The notes under the pieces were generated by a model. It did not search any database, was not told the DNA's origin, and saw nothing but the letters and a program-made list of their open reading frames with translations. A DNA stretch of 64,000 nucleotides from Squalus acanthias (lineage: Eukaryota), in the NCBI GenBank assembly GCA_030390025.1, contig CM059431.1, positions 148,368,001 to 148,432,000 of the forward strand, written 5' to 3'. The translations under genes were made by a program, and so were the position numbers. Positions within the stretch are counted from its first letter, which is position 1; the number at the start of each line of letters is the position of its first letter. Shown piece by piece: positions 24,951 to 37,479 of this stretch.

Positions 24951-25131
24951 ATGGATCAGAATCTGAGATCATTAGATTGGAATGTTACCACAATGGGCAA
25001 GGGTTTCTCTTCGGCGTTGTACATGTTTTCTAACTTTTATGATTATATATCATTCACAAATAAGATCTATTACGCACTTCTGATTATGCAATGCATTTAC
25101 TATCCCCTCCTTGCTGCTGTTGGTGTTGCTG
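24951..25131 (+). CDS. GPCR exon 1 (N-terminus to TM1): MDQNLRSLDWNVTTMGKGF…IYYPLLAAVGVA
   Basis: First in-frame ATG at 24951; phase-1 donor G|gtaagt at 25131/25132 joins exon 2 in frame (V-N-L). Confidence 0.85.
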
Positions 25132-25395
25132 GTAAGTCTCTCTATCCAGCTATTAATTCTATAAACCGTGATTAACTGCACTACAGTTCTTGCCTTTTAC
25201 TCTCCCCTCCTTGTTGCGGTTGTTGTTCCTGGTAAGTCTCTGTATCCAGCTATTAACTCTGTAAACCTTTGCATACTGTATTACTATTCTCGGAAGTTAC
25301 TCTCTCATCTGTGCTGCTGTTGGTCTTCCTGTTAATTCCTACATCCAGCAATTAGATCTGTACACCACGTCTCACTGTATTACTGTATTTGTTAT

Positions 25396-25890
25396 CTAAA
25401 TCTTGGGAAGACCAAAGACATTGTCTTCGGTCCTCGTCAAAAAACTCCATTTTTTAGTTACAAATTCAATCTCCATCCCTGGCCAATGTCTGAGGATGAA
25501 GAAGATTGTTTGCAACCACGGCGTTCTCTTTGAGCCTGCGCTAAGTTCCGACCACATATCCTCTGAACCCTTAGTCCTGCCTACTACCACCTCCATAAAA
25601 TCGACCGTATCCGACCCTCCTCAGCCCTTCCACTGCATAAACCCTCACCCGTGCCTTTGTTAAACCTGACTCGACTATTCCAATACTCTCCTGGCTGGCC
25701 TCCCTGTTACAAGCCTCCGTAAACTAGAGCTCATCCAAAACTCTGCTGCTCATACCCTAACACGCATCATGTCCCGTTAACCAATCACCACTATGCTCGC
25801 TGAGCAACATTTGCTCCCGATCAGGAAATGCCTCGAACTTAATATTATCATCCTAAAGATCAAATCCCACCATGGCATCACCCCTCCAAT
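25396..25890 (+). mobile_element. L2 LINE ORF2 3' fragment, old
   Basis: Similar to 52150-52650 (gactcgactattccaa..ctcctggctggcctccc, atccaaaactctgctgc). Confidence 0.75.
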
Positions 25891-26649
25891 TAATCCCATT
25901 CCCTAGTTCTTTTTCCATTGTCCTGCAAATTCTTACCTTTCAAGTATATATCCAATTCCCCTTTTAATTTAATGTCTTCCCTGCTGTACCTCTCCCAGTC
26001 TTTCTGTCTCTCTTTTTATTTGTCTCTGTCTCTCACTCTCCCTCTTCTCTCTCTCTGTCTCTTGCTCATAGAATCATAGAATGGTACAGCACAGATTGAG
26101 GCCATTCGGCCCATCGTGTCAGTGCCATCTCTTTGAATGATCTCTCTCATTAGTCCTACTCTTTAGCCAGAGCCTTGTAAAAAAATTCCCATTCAACTAA
26201 TTATCCCATTCCCTTTCGATAGTTACTACTGAATCTACTTCCACCACGTTCTCAGACAGAGCATTCCAGATCACAGCAACTCACTGCGTAAAGTAAATTC
26301 TCCACATCTCTCCTCTGGGTCTTTTGCCTATTAACTTAATTCTGTGTACTCTGGTTACCCACCTTTCTGCCACTGGAAAACAATTCGACTTATGCGCACT
26401 ATGAAATCCAATCAAAATTTTTAATATCTATTTTAAATCTCCCCTTATGAAAAAGGACAATGATGGACCAGGTTTAAATGTTTTCAATTGGGGAAAGGCC
26501 AATTTTATTAAGCTGAGATGCGATTTAGCAAAAGTGAACTGGAAACAGCTACTTGAAGGTAAATCAGTGTCAGAGCAATGGGGGGCATTCCAGGAGGAGA
26601 GGGTGAGGGTTCAGAGCAAATATATTCCCACAAAGAAAAAAGGAAAGGA

Positions 26650-27070
26650 AAGTCTTTCACGACCACCCGACGTCTCAAATCGCTTTACAGCCAATGAGTA
26701 CTTTTGATGTGTAGTCACTACTGTATTGTAGGAAACGCGGCAGCCAATTTGCGCACAGCAAGCTCCCACAAACAGCAATGTGTTAATGACCAGATAATCT
26801 GATTTGTTATGTTGATTGAGGGATAAATATTTGCTAGGGCACATCACATCGAAATAGTGCCATGGGCATTTTTACCTCCACCTGAGGGAGCAGACGTGGC
26901 CTCCGTTTAACGTCTCATCCGAAAGACGGCACCACCGACATTGCAGCACTCCCGCAGCACTGCACTGGAGTATCAGCATAGTTTTATGTGCTCAGGTCCC
27001 TAGAATGGGACTTGAAACCACAACCTTCTGACTCAGAGGCGAGTGTGCAACCAACTGAGCTACAGCTGAC
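26650..27070 (-). mobile_element. tRNA-derived SINE with Deu-type central domain (SacSINE1/DeuSINE-like)
   Basis: Head with A box tagctcagttgg and B box ggtttcaagtccc; body gtgccgtctttcggatgagacgttaaac; L2-like tail. The family name is from recall, not a search. Confidence 0.8.
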
Positions 27071-27224
27071 AAAAAGGACGAGACTCTCAAATTTAGGGCC
27101 CACTGGATGTCAAGAAGCATACGGGGAAGAAGATGGGAAATAAGGGAAGCTTTTGTCAGATGCTGAGAGCCCACTGCTACAGAAAGCCTAGAGCAGTAAT
27201 GTAAGTGCAAGGGCTTCATCGGAT

Positions 27225-28590
27225 TACATAGGATTATATAGGATATTCGGGACAGAAACAGGGTATATGACACAATCAGTCTAGTCCGGTGTTTATGCTC
27301 CACTCGAGCCTCCTCCCGTCTTTCCTCATCTAATTCTATCAGCATAACCCTCTATTCCCTTCTCCCTTTTAAGCTTATCTAACAGCCCCTTAAATGCATC
27401 TATACTATTCTCTTCAGCCACTCCCTATGGTAGCGAGTTCCACATTCTCACCACTCTCTGGGTAAAGAAGTTTATTCTGCATTCGCTATTTGATTTCTTG
27501 GTGATTATCTTATATTGATGACCTCTAGTTTTGCTCTTCCCAAAAGTGGAAACATTCTCTCTGCATTTACTCTGCATTTACTCAGCAAAACCGTTCATGA
27601 TATAAGGACCTCTATTAGGTCACCCCTCAGCCTTTTGTTTTCAAGTGAAAAGATACCCAGTGTGTTCATCCTTTCATGATAGGTGTACCCTCGCATTTCT
27701 GGTATCATCTTTGTAAATCTTCTCTGCACCCTCTCCAGTGCCTCTATATCCTTTTTTATAATATTGCGACCAGAAATGCACATAGTAATCCAAGTGTGTT
27801 CTAAGCAAGTCCACAGCAATGTTCGATACAAGTTTAGCATAACTTCACTACTCTTCAATTCTATCCCTCTAGAAATAAACCAAAGTGCTTGGTTTGCTTT
27901 TTGTATGGCCTTTTTAACCTGTGTCGATACTTTTCAGCGATTTGTATATTTGTACTCCTAGATCCCTTTGCACCTCTGCCCCATTTTGGATGCTTATTTT
28001 CCAAGTAATATGTGACCTTCCTATTTGTCTTACCAAAATGTAATACCTCACATTTATCTGTGTTGAATTTCATTCGCTAATTATATGCCAATTCTGCAAG
28101 TTTATTAAGGTATTTTTGGAATTTGTTGCTGTCCTCCTCAGTGTTGGCCATCCCCTCCAAATTCGTGTCGTCCACACATTTTGAAATTATGTTTTTGGTT
28201 CCAAAATCTAAATCGTTAATATAAGTTATGAACAACAGTGGTCCCAGCAGTGATCCTTGTAGAACACCACTACCCACCTTCTGCCACGCTGATTAGCTAC
28301 CCTTTATCCCTACTCTCTGCCAACTCTATATTGCTGCCTGTGTTATTATCCTCTCCATCGCTTCGTGGCCCTATTCCCATCAAAACATTCCTTTATCTAT
28401 TGATATGCCTGTAAAATATTTAACTTTTTTTTGTTCCTTGATAATTTAATTTCTTTGTTCATGTTTGTCTTCCTAATTGTTATTTTTTACTTCTCTTCTA
28501 AACACTTCATATTCTCACTTGCCATACTCTCCCCTGCTGTCCATGTAGTTAATGTATGCCGCTTTCCTTCTGCTCATTTTTTACATTATG
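27225..28590 (-). mobile_element. Old CR1 LINE 3' part
   Basis: SGVLQGSLLGPLLF, KCEVLHFG, LERVQRRFTKMIP. Confidence 0.85.
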
Positions 28591-28608
28591 GCTTTATTCA
28601 TACACAGT

Positions 28609-30360
28609 GAAATGGCTGAACAATTAAATACATACTTTGGCTCTGTCTTCACAAAGGAGAACACAAATAACCTCCAGAGATGTCGGGGAACATAGCGTCG
28701 AATGAGAGGGAGGAACTGAATGAAATCAGTATTTGTAGGGAAATGGTGTTAGGGAAATTGACGGCATTAAAGGCCAATAAATCCTCAGGGCCTGATAATC
28801 TACATCCTAGGGTACTTAAGGAATTGGCCCTAGAAATAGTAGATGCATTGCTGGTCATCTTCCAAAATTCTATAGACTCTGGAACAGTTCCCATGGATTG
28901 GAGGGTAGCTAATGTTACCCCACTGTTCAAAAAAGGTGGTAAAGAAAAAACGGGGAATTATAGACCGGTAAGCCTGACATCGGTTGTGGGGAAAATGCTA
29001 GAGTCCATTATAAAAGATGTAATAGCAGAGCACTTGGAAAACAGTGACAGGATTGGACAAAGTCAACATGGATTTACAAAAGGTAAATCCTGCTTGACTA
29101 ATCTACTGGAATTTTTGGAGGATGTAACTGATAGAATAGATAAGGGAGAACCAGTGGCTGTGGTGTATTTGGACTTTCAGAAGGCTTTCGATAAGGTCCC
29201 GCATAAGAGATTAGCATGTAAAGTTAAGGCACATGGGATTGGGGGCAAGGTACTGACTTGGATAGAGAACTGGTTGGCAGACAGGAAGCAAAGAGTTGGA
29301 ATAAAGGGTATTTTTCCGAGTGGCAGGCAGTGACCAGTGGGGTTCCGCAGGGATCGGTCCTAGGACCCCAGCTATTCACAATATATATTAATGACCTAGA
29401 CGAGGGAACTAGATGTAATATCTCCAGGTTTGCAGATGACACAAAGCTGGGTGGGCGTGTGTGCTGCGAGGAGGATGCCGAGTATGTGTTGGACAGGTTG
29501 GGTGATTGGGCAGAAGCATGGCAGATGCAGTATAATGTGGATAAATGCGAGGTTATCCACTTTGGTGGCAAAAACAGAAAGGCAGATTATTATATGAACG
29601 GCAATAGATTGGGAGAAGGGGAAGTGCAACGATACCTGGGTGTCCTTGTGCACCAGTCGCTGAAGGTAAGCATGCAGGTACAGCAGGCGGTTAAGAAGGC
29701 AAATGGTATGTTGGCCTTCGTAGCGAGAGGGTTTGAGTACAGGAACAAGGATGTCTTGCTGCAGCTGTACAGGGCCTTGATGAGACCACACCTTGATTAT
29801 TGTGTGCAGTTTTGGTCGCCTGATCTGAGGAAGGATGTTCTTGCCATGGAGGGAGTGCAGCGAAGATTCACCAGACTGATACCTGGGATGGCAGGAATGA
29901 CGTACGAGGAGAGATTGGGTCGATTGGGCTTATACTCGCTGGAGTTTAGAAGAATGAGAGGAGATCTCATTGAAACTTATAAAATTCTAACAGGGCTAGA
30001 CAGACTGGATGCAGGAAGGTTGTTCCCGATGGCGGGTGAGTCCAGAACAAGAGGTCACAGTCTAAAGATAAGGGGTAAGCCATTTAGGACAGAGATGAGG
30101 AGGAATTTCTTCACCCAGAGAGTGGTGAACCTGTGGAATTCTCTACCACAGAAGGTAGTTGAGGCCAAGTCAGTAAATATCTCCAAGAAGGAGTTAGATA
30201 TATTTCTTAAGGCTAAAGGTATCAAGGGATATGGGGAGAAGGCAGGGACAGGGTACTGAATTTGGATGATCAGCCATGATCTCATCGAATGGCGGAGCAG
30301 GCTCGAGGGGCCGAATGGCCTACTCCTGCTCCTATCTTCTATGTTTTCTATGTTTCTATG
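28609..30360 (+). mobile_element. CR1 LINE, 5'-truncated, RT nearly intact (one frameshift near 29305), inside the GPCR intron
   Basis: ORFs 28680-29333 and 29258-30259 with the full RT motif set; (tttctatg)n tail. Confidence 0.95.
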
Positions 30361-32228
30361 TATTACTGTTCTTGTCATTTACTCCCGCCACACCGTCTCG
30401 CTATTGTTGGTGTCCCTTGTAAGTCTCTGTATCCCGCTATTAATTCTGCAAATCATTTTTAACTATATTACAGTTCTTGTCATTTACTCCCGCCACACCC
30501 TTTCGCTATTATTGCTATCCCAGGTGAGTCTCTGTATCCAGCTATTAATTCTATGAATCACGTTAAACTGTATTTCTCTCCTTGTCATTCTCCATCCCAT
30601 CCGCGCTGCAGTCGGCTGTTGATTCTGAAGGTGATAGTTTTACCAAGATTCAATAGTTCTGTATTCAACTTAAGAAAAGTTATTGGACGAGACTCTTTGC
30701 TAAACGAATTTCGCTCTGCTATTACACTGAACACTTGTAACTGATCAGAAGAATGTTGTCTTGGTTGAGGAGACTTTTCACCGAATGACGAAAGATCATC
30801 GACCTGAAACATTAACTCTCTCTCCACAGATGCTGCCTGACCTGCTGAGCAGTTAAAACATTTTCTGTTCTTATTTCAGATTTCCAGCATCCGCAGTAAT
30901 TTGCTTTTGTTTTCACCTAATGCTCGGTATGGTTACTCACACAGGGTCACAGGAACAAATCCTGGCAGATCACAACCCACATCGTTAAATGTCTGAAATA
31001 TCCGCTAATCATTCAGATCCAGTCAGTGTCTCCTTTCCCACCCTCTCCAGCTCTGCATTAGTGGCACTGCTTCTGATGGTTAGAATAGGATTACTAGGAT
31101 AATTTAAATTCTCGAAAAACGTTCCGTCAGCCATATTTAAATGCGTTTATTACCAATCTTTGTTTTGAATTTACAATTGGAGCCCATGCCTGTCTGTCAC
31201 AGTTCAGTGGATCTCTCAGTGAGACCCAGAGTGATTCTCTATTGCCTCCTGCTGTCCTGCAGGATAAACAATCCCAGCTGATTGTAACTGAAGTACTGAG
31301 GATAAGAAAATCCTTTCATATTTTCTCGACTAATATTCTCTGCACAAGTTGGAAACCAACAGGTGAAGAAGTACAAGGATAAATCTCTTCCATTTGTGTT
31401 CAGATACTTTACAAAAGCCTTGGGAGGCTCGTTACCTGTGGGATGAGTCGCTTGATTATGATGCTAATAAATGCATTTAGTGGGATATTACCTGGTCAAT
31501 GATAACTATTTATTTTAATTCAGAATCCATTCTATACAATGTTATTTGGAAAATCTTCCTTTCAATGAGCCACAATTTGAGTATTTCAACAAAACTTTAG
31601 AAAGCTCAATCGTCAAAACATTTCTTATAACCCAGTTATCTTTATAACTGCAATGCACTTGTATTTATTATCTTAGCACTTGCATATTACAGCCGTACAT
31701 TTTAAATGCAATTGCCTGTAATTATTGCACGCCAAGATTACAGTTACTGTATTTTGCCGTTGCATTTATTGTCAGTTCTAAATATAATGGTTATTCGAAC
31801 CAGGAGCAGGAATCCAAGCGGGATTTCCCTCTCCCGAACACAGGGGCAGTGAGGCGAATTGCACCGCTCCAAATGCTGACTGATCCCGGGACACGAAGGC
31901 TTCCTGAGAGGTTCTGGTCCTTTGTGTCACTGGTACCTCGGGCGGAGCTTTTGTCTGCGGGGCTAAATGTAGATCTACCATGTAATCTCTCATTGATCAA
32001 ACATTTGATACGTTCATGTTGTATTTAACCCCGCTACATTTCTTAATTCCACAATGTATTCCGATTACTCTTACAGTAAAGCCTGTATTCAGCACCACTG
32101 GTAATAGAATTATTTTATATCATTGACTGTCGCTAATGAGTTGCAGATTTTTCCGCGAATTCCTTCAATCTGCTGCTCTTGCTCCCAGCCTGATGTATAA
32201 TTTCCCTGTTTATTTCCCTTGCTCACAG

Positions 32229-33129
32229 TGAACTTAGTGACGATTGTGATCCTGTCTCGGGGAAAGTGCGGTCTCTCCAAATGTGTCACTCGCTACCTGG
32301 TGGCCATGGCAGCGGCGGATCTGCTGGTCGTTATCCTCGACCTGATATTGAGGCAGATTCCAATTGTTTTCAGGGAACAGTTTCGTTTCGTGCAGTCCAT
32401 CCCGGTGTGTAATATCCACGCCATCCTGCTTTATGCAGCCACAGACTGTTCTGTCTGGTTCACCGTCACTTTCACCTTTGATCGATTTGTAGCCATTTGT
32501 CGGCAGAAGCTGAAAATTAAATATTGCACCGAGAAAACGGCGGCTGTGGTTCTGGGAACAGTGACTGGGCTGAGCAGTTTAAAGAACATTTTCTGGTATT
32601 TTATGTTCACAGATCGGTATTCGCTTGCGAACCTCCCTTGGTTTTGTGAGGTAAAAATGGATGTTGTGTTTTCATTGGTCTGGAGAACAATCGAGCTCCT
32701 TCATTATATTCTCACCCCGGGGCTCCCATTTGTCCTGATTCTGCTGCTCAATGCTGTCACTGTCAGACACATTTTAGTGGCCAGCAGAGCCCGCAGGAAC
32801 TCCGGGGTCCCAGCAGTGGGGAGAGTCCCAGAGACCCAGAGATGGAGAGCCGCAGGAAATCCATCATTTTACTGCTTGTTATCTCCGGCAATTTCATCCT
32901 GTTGTGGGCAGTGTTTATGGTGTATTATATATTGAGCCGGATGACGGATTTGGGGTCTATGTCTGTATATGCACCTGGTTATGTAAGGGAATTGGGATTG
33001 ATGTTGCAGATGCTGAGTTGCTGCACAAACACTGGGATTTATGCCGTCACCCAGACTAAGTTCAGAGAGCAGTTGAAGAATCTGGGGAAATATCCCTTTA
33101 CTCTGATTGTAAAATTCATTAAAGGATGA
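32229..33129 (+). CDS. GPCR exon 2, class A GPR139/GPR142-like receptor, with a 1-bp frameshift near 32798
   Basis: Polypyrimidine tract + cag acceptor; YLVAMAAADL (TM2), C..SVWFTVTFTFDRFVAIC (TM3), TM5, then RRKSIILLL…SCCTNTGIYAVTQTKFREQL in the shifted frame; TGA ends at 33129. Confidence 0.9.
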
Positions 33130-33324
33130 TGTGAAGCGGAGACTTTGCAGCCTGAGAGCTCCCTGGCCCTGGTATTGTGGCGAGCCGCTCTCCCCCGGAC
33201 CGGGCCGGCCGCCGGCGGGGAAGTTCACATATCAAAGATGGCGGCTCTGGCGCCCCTAACAAAGATGGTGGCTCTGGTTAAAACATTATAACCCTTTATA
33301 AATCATTATGATCTTTAAGAAATC

Positions 33325-33740
33325 ATTGTTTTATTCATTCTTGGAATGCGGACGTCGCAGGCAAGGCCAGCATGTATTGTCCATCCCTAATTGCCCTGGA
33401 GAAGTTGGTGGTGACCCGCCTCATACAACTGAGTGGCTTGCTCGGCCATTTCAGTTGGTCTTTAATAGTCAACCACATTGCTGTGGGTCTGGAATCACAT
33501 TTCGTCCAGAATGGATAACGACGGCAGATTTCCTTCCCTGAAGGACATTAATAAACCAGATGTGTTTTTAACGGCAATCCGGTATTTTCATGGTCACCAT
33601 TACTGAGGCTATTTTTTTTTCCAGATTTGTTTGATAATTTGAATTTAAATTCCCCAGCTGGTGGGATTTGAGCTCAGGATCATTCGTCCAGGCATCTGGT
33701 TTTCTATTCCAGCAACATAACCACTATCCTACTGTACCCT
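33325..33740 (-). mobile_element. SINE sharing its 3' end with the LINE at 22545-23870 and 55258-55905
   Basis: ggccagcat.tattg.ccatccctaattgccct.gagaag is shared; non-coding body; a plus-strand fragment of the body lies at 13545-13620. Confidence 0.7.
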
Positions 33741-33764
33741 TCAAATATTTCGCCTTTCCTTCAT

Positions 33765-36700
33765 CCCCTGTGGACACCCCCCTCTCAAACAGATATACCG
33801 CTTTGGATACTGTTGAGGGGGTTGGCTTATCGGGGGAAGGCAGCAGCAGCCAACTTCCTGGCACCAGGGGTGGTTCTGCTGCACAGGACGGGAGGAAAAA
33901 GATGGGTAGAGCTGTAGTGATAGGGGATTCTATTGTAAGGGGAATAGATAGGCGTTTCTGCAGGCCGCAAATGAGACGCCAGGATGGTATGTTGCCTCCC
34001 TGGTACAAGGGTCAAGGATATCTCAGAGCGGCTGCAGAACATTTTGGAAGGGGAGGGTGAACAGCCAGTTGTCGTGGTGCATATAGGTACCAACGATATA
34101 GGTGAAAAACGGGATGAGGTTCTAAAAGCTGAATTTCGGGAGTTAGGAGGTAAATTAAAAATAGGACCTCAAAGGTAGTAATCTAAAGATTGCTACCAGT
34201 GCCACGTGCTAGTCAGAGTAGAAATAGAAGGATATTTCAGATGAATACGTGGCTAGAGGAAAGGTGCAAGGGGGAGGGATTCAAATTCCTGGGACATTGG
34301 AACCGGTTCTGGGAGAGGTGGGACCAGTACAAATTGGACGGTTTGCATCTGGGCAGGACCGGGACCGATGCCCTTGGTGGAGTGTTTGCTAGTGCTCTGG
34401 TGGAGGGATTAAACTAAAATGGCAGGGGTTGGGAACCTGAGCAGGGAGACAGAGGAAAGGGAAACAAGGATAGAAGAAAAAGCCTGGATGGAAAAAAACA
34501 AAGGTGGCAGTCAGAGAAATCAAGGGTTTAAATCAAACATGACCACAGTAAATAATAATTCTAAAAGTTCTAAGAGCGTTAAAAAACAAGCCTTAAGGCT
34601 TTGTGTCTTAATGCGAGGAGCTTTCATAATAAGGTGGATGAATTTGCTGTGCAAATAGAGGTAAACGAACATGTTATGATTGGGATTACTGAATCATGGC
34701 TCCAGGGTGACCAAGGCTGGGAACTCAACATCCAGGGGTATTCAATATTCACAAGATAGGCAAAACGGAAAAGGAGATGGGGTTGCATTGCTGGTTAAAG
34801 AGGGGATTAACACAATTGTAAGGAAGGATATTAGCTCTGATGATGTGGAATCTGTATGGGTAGAACTGAGAAATACCAAGGGGCAGAAAACGTTAGTGGG
34901 AGTGGTATACAGACCCCCAAACAGTAATGCGGAGGTTGGGGATGGCATTAAAATGGAAATTAGAGAAGCGTGCAATAATGGCACAGCAGTGATCATGGGT
35001 GACTTTAATCTACATATAGATAGGGCTAACCAAATTAGTAACAGTACTGTGGAGGAGCAATTCCTGGAGTGTATACGGGATGGTTTCCTGGACCAATATG
35101 TCGAGTAACCAACTAGCGATCAGGCCATCTTAGACTGGGTATTATGTAATGAGAAAGGATTAATTAGCAATCTTGTTGTGTGAGGCCCCTTGGTCGGAGC
35201 GATCATAATATAATAGAATTCTTCATTAAGATGGAGAGTGAAGTAGTTGAGTCAGAGACTAGGGTCCTGAATTTAAATAACAGAAACTACGATGGTATGA
35301 GGCGCGAGTTGGGTAGGATTGATTGGGGAATGTCACTCAAAGGGTTGAAGTGGATAGGCAATGTCAAACATTCAAAGATCGCATGAATGAAAGACAGAAT
35401 TTGTTCATCCCAGTTTGGCATAAAAATAAAACAAAAAAGGTGACTCAACCGTGGCTAACAAGGGAAATTAGGGATAGCATAAGATCCAAGGAGAGGACAT
35501 ATACATTGGCCAGAAAAAGCAGAAAACCTGAGGATTGGGAGCAGAATAAGATTCAGCAAAGAAGGACAAAGGGATTAATTAAGAAGGGGAAATAGAGTAT
35601 GAGAGTAAGCTTACAAGGAACATAAAAACTAAGTGTAAAAGCTTTTATAGATATGTGAAGAGAAAAAGATTGGTGAAGTCAAGCATAGGTCCCTTGCAGT
35701 CAGAATCAGGGGAATTTATAATGGGGAACAAAGAAACGGCTGACCAATTAAATACATACTTTGGTTCTGTCTTCACAAAGGAGGACACAAATAACCTCCC
35801 AGAGATGTCGGGGAACAGAGGGTCTAATGAGAGGGAGGAAATGAAAGAAATCAGTATTTGTAGGGAAATGGTGTTAGGGAAATTGATGGGATTTAAGCCC
35901 GATAAATCCCCAGGGCCTGATAATCTACATCCTAGGGTATGTAAGGAAGTGGCCCTAGAAATAGTAGATGCATTGTATGTCATCTTCCAATATTCGATAG
36001 ACTCTGGAACAGTACCCATGGATTGGAGGGTAGCTAATGTTACCCCACTATTCAAAAAAGGTGGCAGAGAGAAAACGGGGAATTATAGACCGGTAAGCCT
36101 GACATCAGTAGTGGGGAAAATGCTAGAGTCCATTATAAAAGATGTAATAGCAAAGCACTTGGAAAACAGTGACAGGATCGGACAAAGTCAACATGGATTT
36201 ACAAAAGGTAAATCGTGCTTGACTAATCTACTGGAATTTTTGAGGATGTAACTGTTAAAATAGATATTGGAGAACCAGTGGATGTGGTGTATTTGGACTT
36301 TCAGAAGGCTTTCGATAAGGTCCAGCATAAGAGATTAGCGTGTAATGTTAAGGCACATGGGATTGGGGGCAAGGTATTGACTTGGATAGAGAACTGGTTG
36401 GCTGACAGAAAGCAAAGAGTTGGAATAAACGGGTCTTTTTCCGAGTGGCAGGCAGTGACTAGTGGGGTACCGCAGGGTTTGATGCTAGGACCTCAGATAT
36501 TCACAATATATAGTAATGATCTAGACGAGGGAATTGAATGCAATATCTCAAAGTTTGCAGACGACACAAAGCTGGGTGGGAGAGTGTGCCGTTAGGAGGA
36601 TGCCGAGAAACTCCAGTATGATTTGGACAGTTTGGGTGATTGAGCAGAAGCATGGCAGATGCAATATAATGTGGTTAAATGCGAGGTTATCCACTTTGGT

Positions 36701-37479
36701 GCCAAAAACAGGAAGGCAGATTATTATCTGAATGGCAATAGATTGGGAGAAGGGGAAGTGCAACGAGACCTGGGTGTCCTTGTGCACCAGTCGCTGGAGA
36801 TAAGCATGCAGGTGGAACAGGCAGTTAAGAAAGCAAATGGTATGTAGGCCTTCGTAGCGAAAGGGTTCGATTACAGGAATACGGATGTCTTGCTGCAGTT
36901 GTACAGGGCTTGATGAGACCACATCTTAAGTATTGTGTGCAGTTTTGGTTGCCTTATCTGAGGAAGGATGTTCTTGCCATGGAGGGAGTGCAGCGAAGAT
37001 TCACCAGGCTGATACCTGGAATGGCAGGAATGATGTATGAGGAGAGATTGGTCGATTGGGATTATACTCGCTGGAGTTTAGAAGAATGAGAGGGGATCTC
37101 ATGGAAACTTATAAAATTCCAAAAAGACTAGACAAACTAGATGCAGGAAGGATGTTCCCGATGGCTGGGGGTCCAGAACCAGGGGTCACAGTCTAAGGAT
37201 AAGGGGTAAGCCATTTAGGAATGAGATGTTGAGGATTTTTTTCACCCAGAGAGTGGTGAACCTGTGGAATTCTCTACCACAGAAGGCAGTAGAGGCCAAT
37301 TCATTAAATATATTCAAGATTAGTTAGATATATTTCTTAAAGCTAAAGGGATCAAGGGATATGGAGAGAAGGCAGGGACAGGGTACTGAATTTGGATGAT
37401 CAGCCATGATCTCATTAAATGGCGGAACAGGCTCAAGGGGCCAAATGGCCTACTCCTGCTCCTATCTTCTATGTTTCTG
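33765..37479 (+). mobile_element. CR1 LINE, longest copy: ORF1 SGNH/GDSL esterase + ORF2 APE-RT, many stops and frameshifts
   Basis: ORF1: VIGDSIVR, VHIGTND, DGLHL; ORF2: [30 protein letters not shown]; typical CR1 3' UTR. Confidence 0.95.

Larger units (their letters stand above)
24951..33129 (+). pseudogene. Two-exon GPR139-like GPCR gene, frameshifted in the third intracellular loop (pseudogene or sequence error)
   Basis: join(24951..25131,32229..33129); cgcaggaactccgg needs one extra base to read RRLRGPSSGESPRDPEMESRRKS. Confidence 0.75.

Noticed and set aside
26990..27070. tRNA gene (also 38750-38825 and 45125-45175)
   Set aside because: A/B boxes belong to SINE heads that run into SINE bodies; no convincing cloverleaf.
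33900..34417. Host GDSL/SGNH lipase gene
   Set aside because: It is the esterase domain of CR1 ORF1, directly upstream of ORF2.
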